64,000 nucleotides of DNA from Octopus vulgaris (lineage: Eukaryota), in NCBI GenBank assembly GCA_951406725.2, contig OX597819.1, positions 96,100,001-96,164,000 on the forward strand, read 5' to 3'. Numbering within the stretch: position 1 is the first letter of the stretch; each line of letters starts with the position of its first letter. This document shows, in pieces, positions 43,925 to 56,441 of this stretch. The notes beneath the pieces were generated by a model. That model did no database searches. It was not told the DNA's origin and saw only the letters and a program-made list of their open reading frames with translations. Both the position numbers and the translations under genes were made by a program.

Positions 43925-44560
43925 AATCGGAAAGAGGTCATCACTTTTCTCAGTGCCAGAAAGACGTCCAGGTACCTGAAACTTCAACGGGCATCATGAC
44001 TGCTACTTTCCACAGCTCCCGACTAGCTGCCGAGAGTGGATTTCGTGAAACGGTTAAAATTGAACGACCACATCATACTAACGACACTCCACCTGGATAC
44101 AAAGGTCTCAAATTTCACCAAACTGGTGGCCATAAGGGACTTGACTGTGCTCTGGGCAGGGGATACATGGAGGAAGCTTGCCAAACAGCAGGGGCTCGAA
44201 GAGCAGTGCACAAACCAGGGCTGACAGGCACGTTGCGAGGCAGCAAAAGTGAGCCGTCAAGATTTTAAGGTGTGTTCATTCTGCAAAGCTCTGACTGGGC
44301 TTGGAGTTGGTGGCACAGCAAAAAGGAGGGCTTTAAATTCCATCACTAAAGCTGCAAAGAAGTCTAATCGGTGGATTTGGATAAAGAGGTAAGACCAGTA
44401 GTTTGATGTAATTGGAATGCAAACTAGGACTTTAATCCACCCCAGTTTGATCAAATGGGCGAGGCGGATGGTGTTTCTAATAATGAAAGACTCGAAATTC
44501 TTTGAGACACCAGAAACATCTCTGATGATGCATTCTAGAACGTCCACAAGATGTATCCTA
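43925..44560 (+). mobile_element. HERO-like RLE domain and 3' UTR, degenerate
   Basis: VDFVKRLKL.DHII.TTL..D....LTV.W..GLEEQC.NQG..CKALTGLGVGGTAKRRA..ITKAA.KSNRWIWIKR. Confidence 0.75.
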
Positions 44561-44600
44561 AAACTAAAACTAAAATGATTATTCTCACTCGCTCTATGTG

Positions 44601-44662
<62 letters not shown>

Positions 44663-44664
<2 letters not shown>

Positions 44665-45073
44665 GTGACTTTTGTACTTATGCCTTTTGGTTTTAAATTA
44701 CGACTTGCCACTTCAATAATTTATAATTATCACTTTACCATTATATTGAATCAGCAAACGATTCGGATGGTATTTTCTTTAAGCTGACAAGGCGAGTTAG
44801 CTTTAACTCTAGGCAACGGAGTAACGTCACCAATGAGGAATAATTTTATCTTACATCACCGTGATATAGCGCCCTCGCTTGCTTAGGGAGTTTATCTCAC
44901 TTATCAGTCGATGATAGATAAGTGCTTTTGTAACAGAAAATGTTCTCTTCGTGGTTAAGAGTTGTTTTTACTCTTATTTCTAGCAATGTTAGTGCTTACT
45001 TGTACCCTTAGTCACTTTTAGTGACGTTTGTACGTTTGTGCTTTTTGGTTTTAAATTGCGACTCGCCACTTCA
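44663..45073. mobile_element. About 410-bp element with about 55-bp terminal direct repeat, between microsatellites
   Basis: tagtgac.tttgtac..tttggttttaaatt.cgact.gccacttca at 44663 and 45019. Shares ctcttatttctagcaa with 26612. Confidence 0.65.
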
Positions 45074-45228
45074 TATATATATATATATGGCCTGCTCGCT
45101 TAGCCAGCGGGGTGGCGTCATTCGAAGGCTAAAACAATGCGAACGCATTGTGACCAGCGATGTGTAACTACATCTGATGGACTGGTCGGTCACGTGATGA
45201 TGGATATATATATATATATATATATATA

Positions 45229-45405
45229 ATCATGTTGAACCGTTAATACCTACACATACCCGTTTTTTCCCTCTCTATCCTTTCTGTCGAAGAGCGTAGG
45301 CTCAAAACGTCAAAGATTTTTCCATTCTTCCCGAACCTTACACTAATACACCTGCTTGTTTTTTCTTCACCTGTCTTCATCTTTCGTTTTCTGTAAATTT
45401 GAACT
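45229..45405 (+). mobile_element. TA-flanked short element with variant hammerhead (45280-45315)
   Basis: CUUU-CUGUCGA-aGAGCguagGCUC-aAA-ACGU-C-AAAG. Homolog of 61335-61568. Confidence 0.68.
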
Positions 45406-45531
45406 GTATATATATATATATATATATATTATAAATAGATGAGTGTATTTTTACCTTGTTAACAATTAACACGGAAAAATGTGTCGAAAGTAAAAATATT
45501 TGATTACATCTGCGTTAACTCCATTTTTTTA

Positions 45532-45601
<70 letters not shown>

Positions 45602-45626
45602 CATACATACATATATAAGTCCACTT

Positions 45627-45707
45627 GTACCTGACGAAAAAATACACCGGATGTGTTTCGTGACGTCGTAACATACATCCGATGCGCTTTAGAAACAATT
45701 GTAGTAC
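45627..45707 (+). ncRNA. Type-I hammerhead ribozyme with long stem II
   Basis: GUAC-CUGACGA-..CGGAUGUG..UACAUCCG..-GAA-ACAAUUGU-A-GUAC with palindromic stem III. Confidence 0.72.
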
Positions 45708-46061
45708 TGAACGACCTCTTTCATCCCATTAATTTACAGATTTAATTATTGTATTATAAGCAACCTTTGTTACTTCCGAAATGGAGTGGTACTGTACCTG
45801 TCATCTGCTAAGAATTTTCAGGCCAATCTCGTTATAGGTATTTGATGCATTGATTAATTAATTTACTGATCAATTACCGAGTCATATGTATACTCTACAC
45901 AGTCGTGTTTATGCTGAAGACTAACAAACTGCATCTTACCTCGATCACTTGACTGATCCTTTTACATCATTATTATTATCAGTATGTATGTATGTATACA
46001 TGTAGGTATGTATGTATCTGTATATATATATGTATATGCACATATGTACACACACACACAC

Positions 46062-46118
<57 letters not shown>

Positions 46119-46819
46119 ATTGTTCCTTTGTATATATCTAGCATATGTCTGTTAATCTTTCTGCTTCTCTACCTTCTCAATATTTCTCTCTCACATTTCT
46201 CTTTATAAACAGACAAACACACATACATGCACACTCTTACACACACATACGTATACAAACACACACACACACACACACACACATATGCAAATAACTCTGT
46301 ATCTGTTTCTCTACTATCTCTTCTGCATTGATTTATTCTTTGACTCGTGCCATTTCCTTAAATTAGCCAATCTGTCTGGTTTTACAAATTGCAAAACCGT
46401 ATTTTGTAAATAGCCAAGTAAGTAATAAATTTCCATAGAAAACTAAGCAGACGACTAGAAATGGGAATGGTGTAAGAGAATAAAGATCATAGGATTGGAG
46501 ATATTGAATTAAATGGATTGGAAAGTGTCTGTAGCATTACAGGTAGAAAATATGTAGACGACAATATAAATTTCATTGAAAATGTAGTGGTAGTCTTTTG
46601 GTAGGAGGCAATTTTATTATTACATTGCTCTCGTAATGGAAAACGAGTGTTCTGGGTCTAATTCAACAAAAAACTAACTAATGGTCGTAAATATCAGACT
46701 AGAAATATAAGATTTCCAGATCTGGTTGAGGATAATAAATGGAGGTTATCATATTTATTGACCTTTCTCAATGAATACATATTTTCAATAAGACTGTGCA
46801 GCCTCAGTGAAAACCTGTA

Positions 46820-47630
46820 GACTGTAACGTTACAATGGAGAGCTACACACTACAGTAATGTCACAATGGAGAGCTGCACACTACTGTAACACCACAATGG
46901 AAAACACTACTGTAAAGTTACCATGCAGAGCTGCACATTACTGTAACGTTAAAATGGATGAGTACGCACAGCAGTAACGTTACAATGGAGAGCTGCATAT
47001 TGCTGTAACGTTACAACGGAGAGCTGCACACTGCTGTAACGTTACAACAGAGAGCTGCACATTGCTGTAACGTTACAACGGAGAGCTGCACATTGCTGTA
47101 ACGTTACAACGGAGAACTGCACATTGATGTAACGTTACAATGGAGAGCTGCACATTGCTGTAATATTACAATGGAGAGCTGCACATTGCTGTAACATTAC
47201 AACGGAGAGCTGCACATTGCTGTAACGTTACAACGGAGAACTGCACATTGCTGTAACGTTACAACGGAGAACTGCACATTGCTGTAACGTTACAACGGAG
47301 AGCTGCACATTGCTGTAACTTTACAACGGAGAGCTGCACATTGCTGTAATATTACAATGGAGAGCTGCACATTGCTGTAACGTTACAACGGAGAGCTGCA
47401 CATTACTGTAACGTTACAACGGAGAGCTGCACATTTCTGTAACGTTACAACGGAGAGCTGCACGTTGCTGCAACGTTACAATGGAGAGCTGCACATTGCT
47501 GTAACGTTATGATGAAAGCTGCATACTGCTGCAAAGATACAATGAAAATCTGCACATTGCTGTAGCGCTACAATGGAATGTTGCATATTGATGTAGGCCT
47601 GCACATTACTGCAACGTTATTTTGTTGAGC
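46820..47630. repeat. 31-bp minisatellite, about 25 copies (gctgtaacgttacaacggagagctgcacatt)
   Basis: Period of 31 measured (47002, 47033). Homogeneous centre and decayed edges. Each unit holds the palindrome TGTAACGTTACA. Confidence 0.95.
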
Positions 47631-47934
47631 TGTACACATTTGTAAGCTAACAACAGAGTGCGAGTAACACTTTTAATTATCTTGTAGAGAAAGGGAGACC
47701 CTACCTCCCTCTTAGTACCAGCGTGATCAACAGGATATCGGTTACAACACAGACTGATAAATAAAAGCACCATCACTACTGATGATAGAAAACAGTAATC
47801 AGGAATTATTCGTGTTGTAATTATATTTCATAATTCAACGATCAGTAAAACAAATTACAGAAATGTATAGCAGTTATTACAATAATTTAAAACCCTAGAA
47901 ATATATGGAGCCTCTATATTATTATTTGACTCGA

Positions 47935-48180
47935 GATGTTCCAATGTTTAGTTGATGTTTAGCTGATGTTTAGGTGTTTAGATGACATTTAGTCACATGC
48001 TTAGTTAGATATTTATTTCATGTTTAGTTAATGTTTATTTGACCCTTAGATGTAGATGTTTATCTGACCCTTAGTTGGACATTTAATTGATGTTTAGTTG
48101 ATATTTAATTGCCGTTTAGGAGATGCTTAGTTGATATTTAATTGCCGTTTAGGAGATGCTTAGTTGATGTTTAGTTAGAA
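47935..48180. repeat. Degenerate short-period repeat (tgtttagttga-like)
   Basis: Read directly from the sequence. Confidence 0.75.
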
Positions 48181-48944
48181 CAATGTTCTATATGTTAAGT
48201 TTTACCAATCTCATGCAGCCCAGTGAAACAGAATGAGCATCTGATGATTGGACTCATAAAATACATTATTTATCACCGGATCATAATTAATTTTATGAAC
48301 ATTGTGTCACATGTCCAAATATTTACAATTGTTTCCATAAATTACTTTGCTAAATACTCCCCAACTGTGCCACATTCAACTTTGACTGTGTGCTATCAAT
48401 ATATCCAAGCCTTATTATACGCAGCATATGTTACAATTGTGTACCAGTAAGACGCATTAAATCAAGAAACGTCTTCTTTTTCTCTTAAAAGTATGACAGT
48501 TACTCTCATTCATACATTGCGTTAAAGTAATGATAAGAAGACAGGACTTTCGTGCAAGTGAACTTGATATGAAAATATCAGAACTGCACTGATCTCATCA
48601 ACAACAGCATGGAAGGGCTAAAGTGAAAGTATTATAGGTTATTGTTCAAACGTCGTGTCAGCTTTGTCATTTTTCAAAGACAAACGAGGTTTTATTGTTG
48701 AAGTTTTAGTGTTTGCGTGTTTATAGTTATTAAACGTTTATGTAAGCTACAACATTTTGCCATTGTGTCATTTTTGTCATTTTATTTAAGCTGGATGCAG
48801 CTTCTTCTATAAACAGACGTCCATCCTTGGAAAATGTCATAGCTGACACAACACATTCGAATGTCTGTTTGAATGATAGGAGTACATAATAGCATCACTT
48901 CAAGTGATGTAGGCTGTTCATCTTGGGTACAGTGTTGTCAACTA

Positions 48945-49500
48945 TTAGGTTGTTCAGAAAGTTCGTACCGATTTTGTAGTAGCTTATATTTCGACTTATT
49001 TTAGAACATGGTTGAGTCCATAAAATAGGATTTGACTATACCTCCATTTAGAGCACAGTTTAAGCTATATTTTCGTGGAAGAAGATTTATGTTCCTATAA
49101 CCTGTGTTAATTCTGTAACCCTTTAAAATGGAAGATAAAAAAATTCATTTTCGGCACTTGATGCTTTGGGAACCAGACAAAAATTGCTGCAGCTCGGCTG
49201 GGATTTGTTACCCCACCCTCCATATTCACCAGATATTGCTCCTTCGGATTTCCATTATTCAGGTCTCTGCAGAATAGTCTTAATGGTAAAAATTTAAATT
49301 CCTTGGATGGTGTAAAAAGATACTTTGATGAATTATTTGCCATGAAACTACCCCAATTCTGGAAAGAGGGTATTTTCAAGTTAAAGGAAAGATGGAGAAG
49401 CATTGTGCAACAAAATGGTTCATATTTGGTTGATTTGGCAAGTATTTATTGACCCTTTTCTTTCCTTTAAAAATCAGCTCGAACTTTCCGGACAGCCCAA
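48945..49500 (+). mobile_element. Internally deleted mariner (556 bp) with both TIRs and TA target duplication
   Basis: TA|TTAGGTTGTTCAGAAAGTTCG..ATTTT and AAAATCAGCTCGAACTTTCCGGACAGCCCAA|TA. MEDKKIHFRHLMLWE (ATG 49128) is joined to ..LPHPPYSPDIAPSDFH..RW..IVQQNGSY. Confidence 0.92.
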
Positions 49501-49929
49501 TAATATTTTAGTGTCAAATACACTCACACGGATGTTCTACGCTCTCATACTTACCGTGCATAATTTTTGAAATACTCAATACTACTCCCGTATATTTGAT
49601 TTCATTTGTGTGAATGTATATTTGTGATAATGTTAAGTATCCACAGCGCTTATCTATACACTTCAACTGCGCTGTGAAAAGGAGAAAGTCAATAGAGGAA
49701 ATCAACTATTCAGTCTTGTTAAGGAAAAGAATTCTTAGTAATTAGGAAGGGGGAGCAACACGCACGTGTGTGCATGTGTATGCGTGAGCGTGTGCATGCG
49801 TGGGCGTGTGTATGTGTGGGCGTGTGTATGCTTGGGCGTATGTATGCGTGTGTGTGATCTTTGATTTTCGCATGAACTATGAAGAAGAATAAATTTAGTG
49901 AGCACTTTTTGGCAAGAGATGTACAAACA

Positions 49930-51070
49930 GAAGTATTCACTATTCCGCTAGAATAGGGAACAAACTTTTTAAGAATAAACTGAAAAGACGGTGGTGCGGC
50001 TTATTTCACGATGGATCAAACTGCCAGAAAGAACATTGCTGCGTTCAAGGTTTTGTGGACTGTTGTTAAGATAAAGAAGCTGTACGCATCATGAGCTAAT
50101 CTGAACTTATTAAGGAACTAGCGGACTGCACAGATAGAAAATTGACAAACAAACACAAAGGTTTTCATCTCTCAGCTGACATTGCAACTCATCATCTGTC
50201 ATTGTATATTATGAATGTGAATGATGAACTTTTCCAGGCGATAGGCAACAATGATGCAATTATTCTTGCTCTTGACAAATATGACTCTGTGTAGGGCGTA
50301 ATTTTCATGCGTGAAATCAATAACGATTTGAAAGTGACAGGAGACTTCCTTAATTTTTATTCTTTGAAGAGAGAAACTGCAAAAAATAGTTTAAAATATT
50401 TCATAGAAGCTATCGAGAAGGTCAATACCTCTGTTCAACTTATATTCTCCTTTATTGCTGTTGGGGCACAGAAAAGGGTTGAAGGTAAAAAGCTACGTTT
50501 CCTTCTGTCTTCGAAAATCATCGTGACACACGAAATAATGCTATCAGTTACCACAATTTTATTAACCAGAAAAGAAAACTTGCCGGGTCCTTATTCTGAT
50601 ATGTTTGAGGACAAGATGAAATATGTTATCACTGTCGAAGAATACGTCTGTTCATATATAGACACGCGGACACGCAGACACGTCATCCCCGCCACTCGTG
50701 TGCGATCGCTCGCGGATAAACTGAATCATTGAAAATTCTGTAATCTGCCCAGAAAGTATGATACATAATATAATGAGCCCCTGTATAATTTTTTAAGATG
50801 ATTGCCGAAAGAGTCTTTCATCTCATTCTAACAATACGTGCCTTCAGATCTGGACGAGAAAACACACCAATCAAAATTCGTGAAATTCTCATTAAGTTGA
50901 GCGATAAAGAATAGATGGCACACTCAGTTTTGTTAGTAGACATCACTGATCATCTCTACAAGTTGAACTTAGTGTTTCAAAGAAAAGACAAAATGATAAC
51001 GTGTACATTTACTTTAGTGATATTCTTCAAGAATAAACTTCGTGGGTTTCATGCCCAGAGATAAGAGAGT
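49930..51070 (+). mobile_element. Old hAT (Charlie/GTF2IRD2-like) transposase remnant
   Basis: Scattered peptides LALD, V.GDFLNFYSLKRET and KLNLVFQRKDKMI in hAT order, with many stops. Confidence 0.45.
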
Positions 51071-51787
51071 TAGACAAAATACAGATTTGAAAATACTTAG
51101 GAATTAATGAACTAGACAGTATACAACACACACAAATAAAAGAAAAGGCAAAGAAGAATATTATTGACGCCTTAGACAAATATTTAAAATGGAGTTAGAT
51201 GTATAAAGTGGAAATTAGGCATCAATATTATCGCTGTCCAGGCAACATAGTTATGATATTCTCAATAGAATTTCTAGCAAACTAGTAAGATTAGACAGAA
51301 AATAAACGAGAAAAAATATAATTGATATTTATTCTCCCTAAATTCTGACGCAAAACGATATTTGCTACGAATAAAGGGAAGTAAAGACCTCATGCAACAA
51401 GAAAACTATTGTAAAATGGGTACCGTAAAACTAGTAAATGATATTGGTGAATTCATACAAATAGCTAGAGAGAATGAAGAAGATAAAAGAAAAACTGATA
51501 AGTAATTGTGAGGAGAAATGAGCAAATTAACAGAACTTGTGGTGAAAACGCTAAAAATAAATTAAAAGTGTTACAGAAATTAAGAGTATTATAGAATGCA
51601 AAAATAAATTAAAAGAGTTACAGAAAATCTCCAATGAGGAAATGTCTGAAAAATACCGTGCAAGGGAGAAATAGCAAAAAAAAAAAAAAAAAGTCTCAAA
51701 ACACTGAGCACTGAAATCTGTGATTAGAGTTATCAGATTCGGCTATGGTTTACAAACAACTATTCAACAAACCACAATAGGCTAAAG

Positions 51788-51847
<60 letters not shown>

Positions 51848-51900
51848 AACGCATATACGCACGCACGCTCTCTCGCTCTGTCTGTCTCTCTCTCTCTCTG

Positions 51901-51931
<31 letters not shown>

Positions 51932-52361
51932 TGACAGAGAATAGCACGAGGAGTTGCCCACACCCATTGACGTCCGCCATATTGAAGTAATAATACTGAA
52001 AAAAAAAAAAAAAGCACCGTCATCCGGACATGAAAGACTGAGTTAAGTGTTTCAGAAAACTCTTGTCAGCCAATGAAATGTTGGCCCCAAGTACAAACCA
52101 GCCTGAAAACCGGAATGTTTCAGAAGTAAAGCACCATCGTATAAAATTCACACTGTCCCCAGCTTAGCTAGGCAAACATAAATTCAGAGAAATAACTGTT
52201 GTATTATTAACCTCATCATCCATAAACCCTTGTACTGGAAGACACATCAACGACGACGACTGAAACTGTTACACTCTGATCCAATAAGCACTGATTGGAT
52301 CAGAGTATAATCGTCCATTGCACAACTGCTGAGCAGGTACTACACCCCGTTCTCTCTCACA

Positions 52362-53952
52362 CAACAACAACAACAACAGTAACAATGGTATCAACAAGAC
52401 CATTACAACCAGTACAACTACAACTGGCACGGCCATTGCCGCTATCACTGCTGCCGTCACCGCCACCGCCGCTGCCGTTACCGCCACCGCCGCTACCGCT
52501 GCCACCGCTACCGCTGCCACCGCTACCGCTGCCACCGCTACCGCTGCCACCGCTACCGCTGCCACCGCTACCGCTGCCACCGCTACCGCCGCTGCTACTG
52601 CTACGTCACCACCACCACCGCCGCCGCCCCTGCCGCCGCCGCCCCTGCCGCCGCCGCCCCTGCCGCCGCCGCCCCTGCCGCCGCCGCCCCTGCCGCCGCC
52701 GCCCCTGCCGCCGCCGCCCCTGCCGCCGCCGCCCCTGCCGCCGCCGCCCCTGCCGCCGCCGCCCCTGCCGCCGCCGCCCTTGCCGCCGCTGCCGCCGCTG
52801 CCGCCGCTGCCGCCGCTGCCGCCGCTGCCGCCGCTGCCGCGCGCCGCCGCCCGCCGCTGCCGCCGCTGCCGCCCCTACCGCCGCTGCCGCCCGCCGCCGC
52901 CGCCCCTGCCGCCGCCGCCGCCCCTGCCGCCGCCGCCCCTGCCGCCGCCGCCCCTGCCGCCGCCGCCCCTGCCGCCGCCGCCCCTGCCGCCGCCGCCCCT
53001 GCCGCCGCCGCCCCTGCCGCCGCCGCCCCTGCCGCCGCCGCCCTTGCCGCCGCTACCGCCGCCCCTGCCGCCGCCGCCCCTGCCGCCGCCGCCCCTGCCG
53101 CCGCTACCGCCGCTGCCGCCCGCCGCCGCCGCCCCTGCCGCCGACGTCCCTGCCGCCGTCGCCCCTGCCGCCGTCGCACCTGCCGCCGCCGCCGTCGCAC
53201 CTGCCGCCGCCGCCGTCGCACCTGCCGCCGCCGTCGCACCGCCGCCGCCGCCGCCGCCCTTGCCGCCACCGCCGCCGCACCTGCCGCCGCTCCTGTCGCC
53301 CCCGCTCCTGCAGCCGCCGCTCTTGCCGCCGCTCTTGCCGCCGCTCTTGCCGCCGCTCTTGCCGCCGCTCTTGCCGCCGCTCTTGCCGCCGCTCTTGCCG
53401 CCGCTCTTGCCGCCGCCGCTCCTGCTGCCGCCGCTCCTGCAACCGTCGCTCCTGCACCTGCCACCACCGCCCCTTCCACCGTTGTCGCCGACGAAGTCGC
53501 CACCACCGTCGCCACCACCGTCGCCACCCCTTCCACCACCGACGCCCCTGCCACCACTGCCGATGTTGTCGCCGTTGTCGCCGCTCCTGCTGCTGCTGCC
53601 GCCCCTGCTGCCCCTGCCCCCTCGACCCATGATGCCCCGCCCCCGTCACCCATGCTACCCCTGCCCCCGCCTTACGCCCATACTGATCTTGCCCTCTGTT
53701 GCCGCCACAGCCTCATCCACCCCCACAACCGCAGCCGCCGTCACAGCCGCAGCTGCCGCCATAGCCGCGGCCGCCACCACAGCCGCCGTGGCTGTCACAA
53801 CCGCCGTAGCTGCCACCACCACCACCACCACCTCTGCAGCAATCACCGTCATCACCAGTAACAGCACCTGTATCAGTGTCACCATAATACCTCCTCCAAT
53901 CACCACCACCACCACCACCACGACCACCACGACCACCACCACCACCACCACC

Positions 53953-54012
<60 letters not shown>

Positions 54013-54075
54013 AATAACAATACGGCAAAGAAGAAGAAGAAGAACAACAACAACAACTGCGCCAGCTGCAGCAGA
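52362..54075. repeat. 1.7-kb triplet-periodic tract with a GC-rich (CCG)n core and 12- and 15-bp higher-order units
   Basis: AAC to ACC to GCC to ACC to AAC progression. Units gccgccgcccctgcc, gccaccgctacc-like and gccgccgctctt. Confidence 0.95.
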
Positions 54076-54819
54076 TGTAGCAGCCACCTGTAAGATTATA
54101 CAGTAAAAATTGTGTATAGTTTGAAACAATAGTGTTGCCATAGAACATTGTTAAGTTGCCAAATATGAAAGACGTAGTAAATAGTTGCTGTAGACAGTTC
54201 TATTGAAAACGCTGCGATATTTCGCTGTCTTTTAATATATTCACTGAAGACCTATATTTGGGGTGGTTGACCTACACAATGACCTCTTACAGGGTTATCT
54301 GCAGTGAACAGCACACACTTCCGTTCCCAATTCTGGGAACTGCTTCTACTGAAAGAAAATAAATCTATTTCGTACGGTAGCGGTGATGGTAGTGGTGGTA
54401 GTGTGATGGTGGTGGTGGTGGTGGTGATGGTGATAGTGGTGAAGGTGACGGTGGTGGTAGTAGTGATGATACTGGTGATGGTGGCGGTGATGATGTTTGC
54501 GGTGGTGGTGGCGGCGGCGGTGTTAGTAGTGTTGATGGTGGTGGTACGAATGTGCAGCTAAGTCACTGCATTTGTATGATGTTTGTGTGCATACAAGTAT
54601 GTTTGCTATTGTATGTATGTATGTATATATGTATGTATGTATGTATGCATGTATGTATGTTATTTGTGTGAGTATGTGTGTGTGTCGGTATATGTGCGTG
54701 TGTATGCACAAGTGTGCATGTACGCATTGTTTATATTAGCGAGTACCTGTTTCTACATATTTTTAGTGAAGAGGGAAGGCAGTGTCCATGGCTACAGGGC
54801 CTTCAGTACTAGTTTCAGA

Positions 54820-55030
54820 TTTTGGCACAAGGCCAGTAATTTCGGAGGAGGAGTGGATAAGTTGATTACATCGACCCCAACACTTAACTGGTTGGTACTT
54901 ATTTTATCGACCTTGAAAAGATGAAAGGCAAAGTCGACCTCGCGGGAATTTGAAGTCACAACGTGCAGACGGGCGAAATGCCGCTAAGCATTTTATCCGA
55001 TGTGCTAACGATTCTGCCAGCTCGCCGCTT
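54820..55030 (-). mobile_element. tRNA-derived SINE family 1, near full length
   Basis: Minus strand: gcggcgagctggcagaatcgttagc..gaggtcgactttgcctttcatc..ggccttgtgcca. Confidence 0.9.
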
Positions 55031-55361
55031 CACAGGGCCTCCAATAATAATGGGAGGAAGGTGTCTTTAAGCCCAAGACCTTACTCCAATACTTGCTACA
55101 GAGTGAAACTCCGCTCAAGGTAACAAAAGTGCCATGTGATAATGTTAAATCAAGCGATGGATTAAGTCTGCAATCCATATAGACTATGGCGGGATTTGAA
55201 CTCAGAACGCGAATAGAAGGAAGAAATGTTGCCAGACAACCGGTCTGATATTCTAACAGATCCTACAATCCACTTTTATCGATCTCGAATGGATTAAAGG
55301 CGAAGTTTAACTCGGCGGGATTTGAATCAGAACACAGAAAGTCGCAACATACATTGCGATC

Positions 55362-55416
<55 letters not shown>

Positions 55417-55724
55417 ATGTGTGTAGTTTTGTGATTCACAGTGTATGCGTATTACGTGTGACTGCGTACATATATGTCCATGTTTGTATTTGTTAATGCA
55501 TTCATGTACACACCCACACACTCACACACACTCACACACACATACACACCTACATTTCTACATAGAGAAAAAATATGTGTGTATGTGTATGTGTGTCTCA
55601 GCGTGTAAATGTACATACACACATGTGTATGTGTGGATAACTGTATGTGCGAGGGGGTGCCCCAAAATAACCTTAAACGTTTTCTGTGGAGCAAGCCCGT
55701 TGTATTTCAGGCTTCCACCACTAG

Positions 55725-56315
55725 AAGCCACTAGAAATTGGTACAATGGAAATACAAAAGACGCCGTGACAGTGTGGCAAGAATGATCCATTGGGAGCTC
55801 TGTGGAAATCACGGCCTACAAAAAGCAAAGACGTGGTATGAATAAACTCCACAAGAACCGAGAATGAGAATTGCAAAGTCCTATGGCATCACCCGACCAG
55901 ACATCGGAAACCGGACTTTGTTACGGTGAATAAAAAAGAAAGAACATGTATGATAATCGACATAACATGACCCGGCGACAACAGGATCAGTGTGAAAGAA
56001 GAAGAAAAATAAACAACTATGACGATTTGAAGAGGGAAATACGAAGGTTGTGGTTAATGAAGAGGGTAGACGTGATACCAGTAGTAATTGGTGCAGTTGG
56101 AAGTATCAGCACTCAAATACCAGTACGGCTGAAAAATAGTGGTGCAATTGTGAAGGTAGAACACCTACAAAAATCAGCATTGTTTGGAACTGCAAGAATT
56201 CTTCGCAGGGTTCTTGAAGCATGACCAGTAAACAAGTGTCACCTTAGTCTGCTGGCTGTGGACAGCTGACACTTTCCATCATACCCAGCAAAATAAGTTA
56301 TGAGTTTTTATCAAA
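55725..56315 (+). mobile_element. Third R4/Dong-like RLE 3' fragment, ending in (TAA)n
   Basis: YKRRRDSVARMIHWELC..RKPDFV..CMIIDI..PGD..YDDLKREIRRLW..VIPVVIGAVG. 3' UTR hairpin aagtgtca..tgacactt, then a TAA array. Confidence 0.85.
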
Positions 56316-56317
56316 TG

Positions 56318-56359
<42 letters not shown>

Positions 56360-56393
56360 TATATATATATATATACACACACATACAGTCATG

Positions 56394-56441
<48 letters not shown>

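Noticed and set aside
46820-47630. CRISPR-like array (palindromic repeat of about 30 bp)
   Set aside because: Units are directly tandem with no unique spacers, there are no cas genes, and the context is eukaryotic.
52295-54148. Long Pro/Ala/Gly/Arg-rich ORFs (formin-, extensin- or protamine-like)
   Set aside because: Most frames are open because GC triplet repeats lack stop codons. No flanking domain or splice evidence.
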